NCBI GenBank assembly: GCA_945861565.1
Contig: CAMAUY010000008.1
Coordinates: 6,032-70,031 of the forward strand
Source: Akkermansia muciniphila
Lineage (GTDB): Bacteria > Verrucomicrobiota > Verrucomicrobiia > Limisphaerales > UBA9464
Reading direction: 5' to 3'
DNA: 64,000 nt
In this document: positions 30,384 to 39,186 of the stretch, one piece after another
How the letters are laid out: the number at the start of each line of letters is the position of its first letter
Position numbering within the stretch: the first letter of the stretch is position 1
Translations under genes and position numbers: made by a program
The notes under the pieces: generated by a model
The model's database searches: none
What the model was told of the DNA's origin: nothing
The model's input: the letters and a program-made list of their open reading frames with translations, nothing else

Positions 30384-30841
30384 AGATAGGGACTATCGAG
30401 GCGCTCTCACGATCTGGCTTCACGAAAAAAAACCCAGGTTCAAGAGCGGCTCGGTGATGGGTTCGCACCGTGAGCCCCAGGGCTAAATATTCAAGCAGTA
30501 TTTCACCCGTCGCAGCCTTCCCTCAGCTCACAAGCAATGCCTGAGGACAGTCGGAAAGCCCTCCATTTGAGGGGACAGGCAACGCGCTTTTTATATACGA
30601 CGGAATGAGAGCACGAGATTATCTGGCCCGCGAGGGGCCCTTCCGGGCAACGCATGTGTTGGCAGAATGGCTATGGTTCTGAGTGGGCAGAATGCAGGGC
30701 AACGGAATTCGATCTTGACTGCGCCGCACCGTGGGAAAGGGTGGATCGGATCGACACTCAAACGAAACCGCATCGCCCAAGTCGTCGCGGAATGGCAATC
30801 GCAACGTCCTGGCCGGCTACCGAGACGCCCTTATCCTGCCC

Positions 30842-31957
30842 ATGAAATATCAAATGACTCACCGCCCGCTGCTCCTCGCATTCCTTGCGGCCTGGGTGTC
30901 GGTCGATGGCGGCCGCGCCGCCGAGGCCCTCCCGACTCCGCGTTTACCGCGCGACAAGCTGTTGTTGTTTCGGGGACCAAACAACGAGCTGCTGCCGGTG
31001 AAAACGACAGCCGATTGGCTCCAGCGCCGCGGCGAAATCGTCCGCGGCATGGAAGCCGTCATGGGACCGTTGCCAGGTCGCGAGAAAAGGTGTCCTCTCG
31101 ACCTGCGGCTCGAAGAGGAAGTGGACTGCGGCAGCTACGTGCGACGATTGATCACGTATGCCTCGGAACCCGATTGCCGCGTGCCGGCGTACCTCTGTGT
31201 CCCGAAGTCGGCGCTGGGGGCGAGTGGCGCGCGAGTTCCGGCGGTGCTGTGTTTGCACGGCACCGACAAAGTTGTTGGGCACGGCGTCGTGGTAGGCTTG
31301 GGGAACAAGCCGAATCGCAAATACGCCAGTGAGTTGGCGGAACGCGGCTTCGTGACGCTATCCCCCAACTACCCGCTGCTGGCCAAGTATAACCCGGACA
31401 TTACGGCTCTCGGCTGGCAGAGTGGTACACTCAAGGCTGTGTGGGACAACATCCGCGGACTCGACCTCCTGACGTCGCAGCCTTTTGTGAAGCCAGGACC
31501 CTTTGGCGCGATCGGGCATTCACTCGGCGGGCATAATGCCGTTTACACCAGCGTCTTTGATGACCGCATCCAGGCGGTTGTCTCCAGTTGCGGCCTGGAT
31601 TCGTTCCTCGATTATTATGGGGGCGATGAAAAGAATTGGTTCCCGGAAAAGGGTTGGTGCCAAACTCGCTACATGCTCCGACTGGCGGACTATCGTGGCC
31701 ATTTGCAAGACATCCCGTTTGACTTCCACGAGCTGATCGGTGCCCTGGCTCCGCGCAACGTGCTAATCGTCGCCCCGCTCCATGATCGCAATTTTCAATC
31801 CGCCAGCGTTGATCGTATCGCCGCGGCCGCCAGCGAGGTCTACGAATTATATGGCGCTCCTACACGCTTACGCATCGAACACCCCGACAGTGAGCACGAT
31901 TTCCCGCCCGCGATGCTGCAAAAAGCGTACGGACTCTTCGACACCGTGCTGCGCTGA
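30842..31957 (+). CDS. Exported alpha/beta hydrolase (dienelactone hydrolase / acetyl xylan esterase-like)
   Basis: Signal peptide; VPAYL, VLCLHG, GHSLGGH nucleophile, HDF. Confidence 0.85.
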   Translation: MKYQMTHRPLLLAFLAAWVSVDGGRAAEALPTPRLPRDKLLLFRGPNNELLPVKTTADWLQRRGEIVRGMEAVMGPLPGREKRCPLDLRLEEEVDCGSYVRRLITYASEPDCRVPAYLCVPKSALGASGARVPAVLCLHGTDKVVGHGVVVGLGNKPNRKYASELAERGFVTLSPNYPLLAKYNPDITALGWQSGTLKAVWDNIRGLDLLTSQPFVKPGPFGAIGHSLGGHNAVYTSVFDDRIQAVVSSCGLDSFLDYYGGDEKNWFPEKGWCQTRYMLRLADYRGHLQDIPFDFHELIGALAPRNVLIVAPLHDRNFQSASVDRIAAAASEVYELYGAPTRLRIEHPDSEHDFPPAMLQKAYGLFDTVLR

Positions 31958-32065
31958 CAATTCCTGGATGTGTTTTTTGCTCTGCGTGGATGGAATGGAC
32001 TGATGCCCAATTGCCAGTCTGCGCGCTTCTCTACAGCTTGCCAGCGCGCCCGCGTTGCGCATCGA

Positions 32066-32100
32066 TGTTGTGGAGTCAGGACTCCGGCCTGACACTGGAG
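32066..32100 (+). repeat. Short REP-like hairpin unit (direct-repeat partner of 36671-36703)
   Basis: tgttgtggagtcaggactccggcctgacactggag vs tgttgtgggtcaggctccggcctgaccctggag; gtcagg/cctgac stem. Confidence 0.75.
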
Positions 32101-32258
32101 ATTGGCCATTCTGGGAAGACAAAATGGACGCTCTTCCAACAGCTGTGGCGTACTCCGGAGGCGCGGAGCGCCGTCAGATCGTAGCCCATGGCGTCAGCCG
32201 TGGGTTCCCGGGTGCGCCGCACGCAAGCCCCGGAGGGGCGAAAGAGAATTTGGCACAA
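32094..32258 (+). repeat. REP-like element arm (inverted partner of 38170-38333)
   Basis: 165 nt, about 94% identical to the reverse complement of 38170-38333; contains gtagcccatggcgtcagccgtggg and agccccggaggggcga palindromic units. Confidence 0.92.
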
Positions 32259-32299
32259 ATAGTGCTGCACCGGCTTTACCAAGGTGGTTTGCCAGTATT

Positions 32300-33217
32300 A
32301 TGAAGACAGGTTATTTGATCGATATGGATGGCGTTATTTACCGGGAGAATCACCTGATTCCTGGAGCACTGGAATTCGTGCAGGCACTGCTGGCGACGGG
32401 AACGCCGTTTCTGTTTCTCACCAACAATTCCGCACCGACGCCGGAGGATCTTGCGGTTCGGTTGAAACATCTTGGGGTGCTTGGGTTGTCCGCCCGGCAT
32501 TTTTATACCTCGGCATTGAACACGGCGGATTTCCTTTGTGAAACGCATCCTAACTGCACGGCGTTCGTGATTGGCGAGGGCGGACTGCTCTCAGCATTTC
32601 ACCAACGCCAGATTGCCAATGATTCCATCCGCCCGGACTATGTGGTCGTAGGCGAGGGGGCGGCCACGACCGAGAAGCTCACCAAGGCCCATGAATGCAT
32701 CGAGCGGGGCGCCCGACTCATGGCGACGAATCCCGACAATTGGTGTCCGGTGGGCCACGAGCGGACACGGCCCGGGGCAGGCGCTACGGCGGCCTACCTG
32801 GAAGCCAGTAGCGGCCGGCGCGCCTACTATCTCGGCAAGCCCAACGGCTACATGTTTCATCGCGCCCGGAAGAAGCTTGCCGAAGCCGCCCATGGAGCCC
32901 CGGAGGAAGTCGTGATGATCGGGGATACAATGGAAACCGATATCCGCGGCGCTGTGGAAAGCGGGATGCTTTCGTACCTCGTACTCTCCGGCTCCACCAC
33001 CGTGGATCTCGTCGGCGACTATGTTTATCAACCGACCCGGGTGCTGCAATCGGTGGCCGAACTGGTGGAGGAGATCCGCTCGGGCGTTCCTTCGGACTGC
33101 CGTAACTTCCTGGCCGAGGAACGCGCGGGCTTCCGCATCGGCAAGGCCGGCAGCCGCCATCAAACCGACGTCCTCGCGCTCCACAAGCCGCGGCCCCGAC
33201 CAGCGATGACAAAGTAA
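32300..33217 (+). CDS. HAD-superfamily subfamily IIA hydrolase (NagD-like)
   Basis: YLIDMDGVIY, LTNN, GKP, MIGDTMETDI, VLSG. Confidence 0.92.
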   Translation: MKTGYLIDMDGVIYRENHLIPGALEFVQALLATGTPFLFLTNNSAPTPEDLAVRLKHLGVLGLSARHFYTSALNTADFLCETHPNCTAFVIGEGGLLSAFHQRQIANDSIRPDYVVVGEGAATTEKLTKAHECIERGARLMATNPDNWCPVGHERTRPGAGATAAYLEASSGRRAYYLGKPNGYMFHRARKKLAEAAHGAPEEVVMIGDTMETDIRGAVESGMLSYLVLSGSTTVDLVGDYVYQPTRVLQSVAELVEEIRSGVPSDCRNFLAEERAGFRIGKAGSRHQTDVLALHKPRPRPAMTK

Positions 33218-33225
33218 TTGCGGTT

Positions 33226-34641
33226 CTACGCAATAATCTCCCGCACGACGTGTCCGTGCACATCGGTCAGGCGGAAATCCCGGCCGGCGTACCGGTACGT
33301 GAGCCGCTCGTGATGGAGTCCCATCAGATGTAGGAGGGTTGCGTGCAGGTCGTGGATGTGAACGGGTTTCTCCGCAACGTTCATACCGTGTTCGTCCGAG
33401 GCGCCGTGAACCATTCCTCCGCGAACGCCACCGCCCGCAAGCAGCATCGAGAAAGCGGTATGATGATGGTCGCGGCCCGGCTTTTTGTCTTTTTCGTTTT
33501 GTGCGTACGGCGTCCGCCCAAACTCACCGCCCCAGACTACCAGCGTGTCATCGAGTAGACCGCGCTGGCGCAGGTCGGCGATCAACGCGGCGCTCGGTCG
33601 GTCGGCATCAGCACAGAGACGCTTGTGGCCTTCGTCATGATTGGAGTGGGTGTCCCACGGCTGGTTGCCGTCATTGACGTAGTAGACGGATACGCAACGC
33701 ACACCGGCTTCGATCAGTCGCCGGGCGAGCAGGCACGAGTGGGCGAAGGGGGAATCGCCGTACGCGCGGCGGACATGCTCGGGCTCACGACTGATATCGA
33801 AGGTGTCCATGGCTTCCCGCTGCATGCGAAACGCGGTTTCCATCGATCGGATCTGGCCTTCGAGCTCCGAATCGTTGTCGCGCTCCGTGCTGTGCCGGCG
33901 GTTCAATTGCTGCAGCAGGTCCAACTGCTCGCGTTGCTCAGCGGGGGGAAGGAGGGAATTTCGGATGTTGGCGACCAGCCGATCGACCTTCATATCAGAA
34001 GTGATCACGCTGGTCGCCTGGTATTCGGCCGGGAGAAAGCTATTCGACCAGAGCGCGGGGCCGACCACGATCTTGGGCGTGGGCCGCAGGACGACGTAGC
34101 CGGGCAGGTTCTCGTTTTCGCTGCCCAGGCCATACTGTAACCAGGCCCCAAGCGAGGGACGAACGGGTTGTTGATGGCCGCAGTGCATGAGCAGAAGACC
34201 CGGCTCATGATTGGGAACATCGGTGTGCATCGAACGGATGACGGCGCATTCGTCAATCACGGAGCCGAGATGCGGGAGCGTTTCGCTCACTTCGATGCCA
34301 CTTCGCCCGCAGCGGTTGAACGTTAACGGCGACGGCAAAAAACCGGACCCCTTGCTCTTCTTGAAAAGATCTCCACCGGGCTGCTGTCCCATGTTTTTGA
34401 GGAGGGCGGGCTTCGGATCGAACGTGTCCACGTGGGAGGGTCCGCCGTTCATGAAAAGAAAAATGACTCGTTTTGCGCGCGGAGCAAAATGAGGTCCGCG
34501 GATTGGATTGCCGCTAGCCTGAGCTTGCTGGGAGGCGATGAGGTTTGCCATGCCGAGCATGCCGAATCCTCCCGTCATGCGGCGAAGCATCTGGCGGCGG
34601 GACAGAATTCCCGCCGGTATAGTTTGGGGGTTAGTCGACAT
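33226..34641 (-). CDS. DUF1501 domain protein with Tat-like leader
   Basis: SRRQML, AKRVIFLFMNGGPSHVDTFDPKP, WDTHSNH, VVWGGEFGRTP, GRDH, RLTDVHG. Confidence 0.93.
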   Translation of the reverse strand: MSTNPQTIPAGILSRRQMLRRMTGGFGMLGMANLIASQQAQASGNPIRGPHFAPRAKRVIFLFMNGGPSHVDTFDPKPALLKNMGQQPGGDLFKKSKGSGFLPSPLTFNRCGRSGIEVSETLPHLGSVIDECAVIRSMHTDVPNHEPGLLLMHCGHQQPVRPSLGAWLQYGLGSENENLPGYVVLRPTPKIVVGPALWSNSFLPAEYQATSVITSDMKVDRLVANIRNSLLPPAEQREQLDLLQQLNRRHSTERDNDSELEGQIRSMETAFRMQREAMDTFDISREPEHVRRAYGDSPFAHSCLLARRLIEAGVRCVSVYYVNDGNQPWDTHSNHDEGHKRLCADADRPSAALIADLRQRGLLDDTLVVWGGEFGRTPYAQNEKDKKPGRDHHHTAFSMLLAGGGVRGGMVHGASDEHGMNVAEKPVHIHDLHATLLHLMGLHHERLTYRYAGRDFRLTDVHGHVVREIIA

Positions 34642-36595
34642 AAAACATTTCATTCGCAGCGAGGAGCAGGTGGGAATACTGTTCCCATCGTGTCATCGTT
34701 CCGGTGGCAGTTTTTTTCAGGAAGTCGGTCGCAAGAGCTGTTTCCTCCGGCTCGGGTGCACGGCTATAGAGAAGTTGATACGCGCGGACGACTCGGCGAG
34801 TCGTGTCGGCACCGGCGTCGCGGATCAGCCGGTTGTTCAACGCCTTTGCGCGACTCATCATGAATGGGCTGTTGAGCACAAAAAGTTTTTGCAACGCGGT
34901 CGTGGTATTACTGCGTTTCTCGGCGTGGACATTGGCATCGGGGTAGTCAAACTGCATTAGCAGGTCGTTCAACTTAAACCGACTGATGTGTGCGTAGACG
35001 GTGCGGAGATGGTTGGTCGGAGCGTCCACGTCGGCGGACTGCCCATCGCCCGTTTCCAACTCGCCGGTGACCGATAGCAGTGCGTCCCGCCATTGCTCGA
35101 CCGTCAGACGGTGCCGTGGCATCGGGCTCGGAGCCGACGCGTCGACTTGGATTGCTCCGGTACTGGCGGATGCCCCCGGTAGGTCCGTCGGGCGTCGTGA
35201 GGACTGCCGGTAGGTCGAGGAAAGGACGAATTCCCGGACGAGCTTTTTAATCGACCAACCCTTTTCAACGAATCGGACGGCGAGATCATCGAGCAGTTCC
35301 TGAGATACCGGTCTGCTACCCGAGTGCCCAAAGTTGCTTGGAGTGCTGACCAGGTTTTGACCGAAGAACGACCCCCAAAGCCGATTCACCAGGACGCGGG
35401 CGGTGAGCGGATTGTCGCGACTGGCAATGGCGATGGCGAGTTCGCGACGACCGCTGCCCGCGGTAAATTCGTTCGACCTTTCGTCGGAAAGAATTTGGAT
35501 GAACCGGCGTTTGGCCACGGGGCCTTCCCGCTCGACATTCCCGCGCAGAAAGACATTCAGGTCCTTCGACGGTCCTTCGGTCACGATGTGCAGGGTGTCG
35601 CGCTGCATTTTCGATCCCGGCGTGCCGTCTTTTTCCACATACCCATTCGCCGTCATATTCACCATGCGAGTGCTCGCGAAGATGCCGGCCATTGCGTAAT
35701 AGTCGGCGGTCGTGATGGGCTCGAATTTGTGGTCATGGCAACGCGCGCAGGCGACCGTCAGACCGAGCATCGACCGGCAGACGGTGTCGACACGGTCCTC
35801 CCATTCCTCCGACATCACGGCGAGTCGGCCGCGATCGTAGTATTTGGGCCCGAGGCCGAGAAAGCCCAGCGCCGCCAAGTCGTCGTCGGTAGCGGCCGAC
35901 ATGCGATCAGCGGCGAGTTGGAACATCAGGAACTTGTCATAGGGTAGGTCGCGATTGAACGCCTGGATCACCCATTCCCGATACCGCCATGCGTTTGGAT
36001 AGAAGAACGTCGTGTCATCGCCCACCTGATGGGCCTGATCCTCGGCGAATCGCGCCAAGGGAAGCCAAAGACTCGCGAAATGTTCACCGAGGCGCGGCGA
36101 CGTCAGCAGGCGGTCGACGGCATATTCGTAGGCATTAGGACGGGTGTCTGCGAGAAACGCGCTGACATCTTCGGGCGTCGGTGGGAGTCCAACGAGGTCG
36201 AACGTGACACGGCGCAATAGGACGGATCGCGACGCCTCGGGTCCGGGTGATTTTCCGGACGCTTCGATCCGATTGAGGACAAAGTCGTCGAGCGGCTGGC
36301 GCGGCCAGGTGGAACGTTTTGTGGGGGGGCGTAACTGCGGCTCAGGTTTACGGAACGCCCAGAACTGGCGTTCTTTGGCCCAGTCAATGGCAGGTGCGTG
36401 GGAAGCACTTTCCGGTTTGTTTTCGGCCGGTGCGAGAGTTGATGCCGCGCCGTCCTGCGCAGCCGTCAAATTCCCTGAGAGGAAGAGCGAGCCGATCAGT
36501 GCCCCGGCCCGAGCTGCGGCTGTGAACCGATCCACCGGAAGGCAGAGGACTGACCAATTCTGAGCGGAGAACATCATGACCCAATGGATTGACAT
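34631..36595 (-). CDS. DUF1549/DUF1553 (PSD1) protein
   Basis: WAFRKP, LRRVTFDLVGLPPT, CARCHDHKFEPI, NPLTARVLVNRLW, HPxLLD-like QELLDDLA, QKLFVLNSPF. Confidence 0.92.
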   Translation of the reverse strand: MSIHWVMMFSAQNWSVLCLPVDRFTAAARAGALIGSLFLSGNLTAAQDGAASTLAPAENKPESASHAPAIDWAKERQFWAFRKPEPQLRPPTKRSTWPRQPLDDFVLNRIEASGKSPGPEASRSVLLRRVTFDLVGLPPTPEDVSAFLADTRPNAYEYAVDRLLTSPRLGEHFASLWLPLARFAEDQAHQVGDDTTFFYPNAWRYREWVIQAFNRDLPYDKFLMFQLAADRMSAATDDDLAALGFLGLGPKYYDRGRLAVMSEEWEDRVDTVCRSMLGLTVACARCHDHKFEPITTADYYAMAGIFASTRMVNMTANGYVEKDGTPGSKMQRDTLHIVTEGPSKDLNVFLRGNVEREGPVAKRRFIQILSDERSNEFTAGSGRRELAIAIASRDNPLTARVLVNRLWGSFFGQNLVSTPSNFGHSGSRPVSQELLDDLAVRFVEKGWSIKKLVREFVLSSTYRQSSRRPTDLPGASASTGAIQVDASAPSPMPRHRLTVEQWRDALLSVTGELETGDGQSADVDAPTNHLRTVYAHISRFKLNDLLMQFDYPDANVHAEKRSNTTTALQKLFVLNSPFMMSRAKALNNRLIRDAGADTTRRVVRAYQLLYSRAPEPEETALATDFLKKTATGTMTRWEQYSHLLLAANEMFYVD

Positions 36596-36670
36596 TGCAC
36601 AGTACCCTTCCACCGGTCCGTTCAGCAACACCGGTTTCTGGCATGGCTGGGGGCGAGGGGCGCATCCCCG

Positions 36671-36703
36671 TGTTGTGGGTCAGGCTCCGGCCTGACCCTG
36701 GAG
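36671..36703 (+). repeat. Short REP-like hairpin unit at the ATPase truncation point
   Basis: Direct repeat of 32066-32100. Confidence 0.75.
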
Positions 36704-36711
36704 TCGTGAGT

Positions 36712-36816
36712 CAGCGTGGTCTTGCCGACCCGTCTTGGCCCCAGCACGGAAACCACTGGAAAGCTTTTCAGCCGTTCGCGGATTAGCTCAGCGCTTGTGG
36801 AGGAGGTCGGCAACAT
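36712..36816 (-). pseudogene. N-terminal stub of an AAA_14/DUF4143-type ATP-binding protein
   Basis: ELIRERLKSFPVVSVLGPRRVGKTTL (Walker A GxxxxGKT); family-like sequence stops at the REP unit and the ORF is only 64 aa. Confidence 0.7.
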
Positions 36817-37930
36817 CGAATATTCGACCGTTGGTGCTCCGATAGCTGCTGCTGCGCCCGCCCCCGGCGTCTCGGACCAGAAGGCCGCGCTCCACCAGTT
36901 CCAGAATGTCCCGGAGCGCCGTGTCCTGCGAGCACTTGGCGAGCTTCCCCCACTTCGAGGAAGTCAGCTTGCCTTCAAAGCCGTCCAGCAACCGGTTCAA
37001 CAGCAGGCGTTGCCGCTCGTTGAACGGCTCCGTCCCGTGCATCTGCCAGAACCTCGCCTTGCGCAGCACGTCGCCAAGCGTCCCCTCCGCGCTGTCAATC
37101 GCCCGGCCCAGACATTCCAGAAACCATTCCAGCCACGGCGTAAGGTCAAGGCCGCCCTTCTGCGTGCGCTCCAGCAGGTCGTAGTAGGCTTTGCGCTCCA
37201 GCCGGATTTGCGCGGACAAGCTGTAGAAGCGCTGAGGACTTTGCTCGGAACGCGCGAGCGTCAGGTCCGCAATCGCGCGGGCGATACGTCCGTTGCCGTC
37301 GTCGAACGGATGCAGCGTGACGAACCACAGGTGGGCGACTCCCGCCTTGAGCACGGCATCCAACCTGTCCTTCGCATTGAACCATTTCAGGAAGGTGGTC
37401 GTTTCCTTTTTCAGCCGCTTGGCGGCGGGCGCTTCAAAATGCACCCGCTCCTTTCCAAACCCGCCGGAGACGACCTGCATCGGTCCCTTCGCGTCGTCGC
37501 GCCACTGCCCGACGAGAATCTTGTGGATTCCGCCGTAGCCGGTCGGGAACAGCGCCGCGTGCCAGCCGAACAGGCGGGTGGCGCTGAGCGGCTTTGCATG
37601 GTTCTGCGTGGCGTCGAGCATCATCTCGACGACCCCGTCCACATGGCGGTCGGCGGGGGCCAGCGCCCCGATGTCCATACCCAACCGTCGGGCGATGGAC
37701 GAACGGACCTGGGCGCGGTCGAGCAACTCGCCTTCAATCTCGGAAGACTTCAGCACGTCGAGCGTCAGGGTTTGCAACGTGGCTTCCGCCTTCAGCGGAA
37801 AGCCCAGAGCTTCCATCCGTCCCAAGAGCCGGCCCTGCCGATGCCGCACGGACGCGAGCAGCCCGGCCAGTCTTTCATGGTTCCAGACAAACTCCGGCCA
37901 GTCCGGCAATTCATGGATGTAACGAGCCAT
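36788..37930 (-). CDS. Fic family protein (N-terminal DUF4172, C-terminal HTH)
   Basis: YIHELPDWP N-terminus; HPFDDGNGRIAR Fic motif; DTALRDI...GGGRSSSY tail. Confidence 0.95.
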   Translation of the reverse strand: MARYIHELPDWPEFVWNHERLAGLLASVRHRQGRLLGRMEALGFPLKAEATLQTLTLDVLKSSEIEGELLDRAQVRSSIARRLGMDIGALAPADRHVDGVVEMMLDATQNHAKPLSATRLFGWHAALFPTGYGGIHKILVGQWRDDAKGPMQVVSGGFGKERVHFEAPAAKRLKKETTTFLKWFNAKDRLDAVLKAGVAHLWFVTLHPFDDGNGRIARAIADLTLARSEQSPQRFYSLSAQIRLERKAYYDLLERTQKGGLDLTPWLEWFLECLGRAIDSAEGTLGDVLRKARFWQMHGTEPFNERQRLLLNRLLDGFEGKLTSSKWGKLAKCSQDTALRDILELVERGLLVRDAGGGRSSSYRSTNGRIFDVADLLHKR

Positions 37931-37986
37931 CTTCGCACCTCAGAGCGGAACGGTAACGCGGATTGACCACCTCCGGCAATCCTGTT

Positions 37987-38352
37987 CGCCGCACTTCGTG
38001 CGGTGATTGGAGATTGGACATTTTCTGGCAGGTGTGTCCCCGATGGACAATCGGCATTTAGAAAAGCCGCGGAGCGGCGGCAGACCGTAGCCCACGGCGC
38101 GAGCCGTGGGTATGACGTTTGAACCAAACGGAAGCCCCGGCAGGGGCGACAGAGCTGAAGGATAGCGGCTTGTGCCAAATTCTCTGTCGCCCCTCCGGGG
38201 CTTGCGTGCGGCGCACCGGGGAACCCACGGCTGACGCCATGGGCTACGATCTGACGGCGCTCCGCGCCTCCGGAGTGCGCCTCAGCTGTAAGCAGAGCGT
38301 CCTTTTGTATTCCCAGAATGGCCAATCTCCAGTCACCGCACTTAGTGCGGTG
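37987..38352. repeat. Large imperfect palindrome of two REP-like arms (REPIN/BIME-like)
   Basis: Arm 1 (37987-~38150): gccgcacttcgtgcggtg...gtagcccacggcgcgagccgtggg...agccccggcaggggcgacag; arm 2 (38170-38352) is its diverged reverse complement. Confidence 0.88.
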
Positions 38353-38545
38353 ATTAAAGGGGCTATTCGCCGCACACAATCCGAAAACTTACCGCGAGCA
38401 GCCCGTTCCAAAGCCAGATAAATCCTGCTAAGCTGGCTGGCTTCCAGCGGCCATTCAGCACGGCCGGGAAGGGGCAACTTCAGCGAGCAGGTGAGGTGAG
38501 CAAGCGAGGCCAAGCCGTTGCAAGCATTCAGGATTTAATTCGAAC

Positions 38546-38562
38546 CCCCGCTCCGTGCGGGG
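38546..38562 (-). terminator. GC-rich hairpin downstream of the fumarase beta gene
   Basis: ccccgc-tccgt-gcgggg about 20 nt after the stop; no clear U-tract. Confidence 0.3.
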
Positions 38563-38580
38563 ATGCTCGGAAGCCTCCAC

Positions 38581-39186
38581 TCAAAGTCGGCGGGCCAGCT
38601 CCGCTTGGCTGTGGGCGAAAACGTCTCGATGGAGCGAATTCCCATTACTATCCATAGTAACTACGGCGGGAAACGCTTCGACGTCCAGTTCCCAGATCGC
38701 CTCCGGAGCTCCGAACTGCTCGAGGAAATGGACGCTACGAACACGCTTCACGCATTCCGCCAGCACCTGAGCCGCACCCCCAATTGCGTGAAGATAGACG
38801 CAGCCAAATTCCCGACAGGCCGCCAGCGTCTTCTCGCCCATGCCACCTTTACCAATCACCGCTCGAATACCGAAATCACGGATAATCTCCGCTTGATAGG
38901 GTTCCTCGCGACTCGACGTTGTCGGTCCGGCAGCCGTCACTTTCCAGTGTCCCTGGTCATCTTTCAACGTCACCGGTCCGCAATGGTAGAGGATACCGTC
39001 CCGCAGATTGACATCCGGTGGAAGTTTGCCGCCGTCGTGCAGGTATTTGTGTACGGCGTCACGACCTGTGAAGACGATGCCGGTGAGGTGGACTTCGTCC
39101 CCAACCTTCAGGGCGCGAATCTTTGCCTCGGTGAATGGAGCAACAAGCGGGAGCATGGCACGAAAGCGCGAGGAGTCGGAACTCAA
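38581..39186 (-). CDS. Class I fumarate hydratase / L-tartrate dehydratase, beta subunit
   Basis: LKVGDEVHLTG, TGRDAVH, AAGPTTSSRE, IGKGG, EAIW, MDSNGNSL. Confidence 0.92.
   Translation of the reverse strand: MSSDSSRFRAMLPLVAPFTEAKIRALKVGDEVHLTGIVFTGRDAVHKYLHDGGKLPPDVNLRDGILYHCGPVTLKDDQGHWKVTAAGPTTSSREEPYQAEIIRDFGIRAVIGKGGMGEKTLAACREFGCVYLHAIGGAAQVLAECVKRVRSVHFLEQFGAPEAIWELDVEAFPAVVTMDSNGNSLHRDVFAHSQAELARRL

Noticed and set aside
30440-30520. c-di-GMP-II or fluoride riboswitch call
   Set aside because: Only fragments match (TGAAATA, GTGCGAACC), the GGGCAC pseudoknot loop is missing, and the fluoride-like string is antisense to the gene; kept only as an unclassified leader.
36716-37966. 416-aa plus-strand ORF
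   Set aside because: Antisense shadow of the Fic gene, with no recognisable motifs.
19788-38352. Insertion sequence or composite transposon
   Set aside because: No transposase, integrase or recombinase ORF, no terminal inverted repeats within an element, and no target-site duplication that I could see.
38535-38570. Minus-strand GGTTCGAAT resembling a tRNA T-loop
   Set aside because: No cloverleaf, D-arm or acceptor stem around it; it is one GC hairpin.
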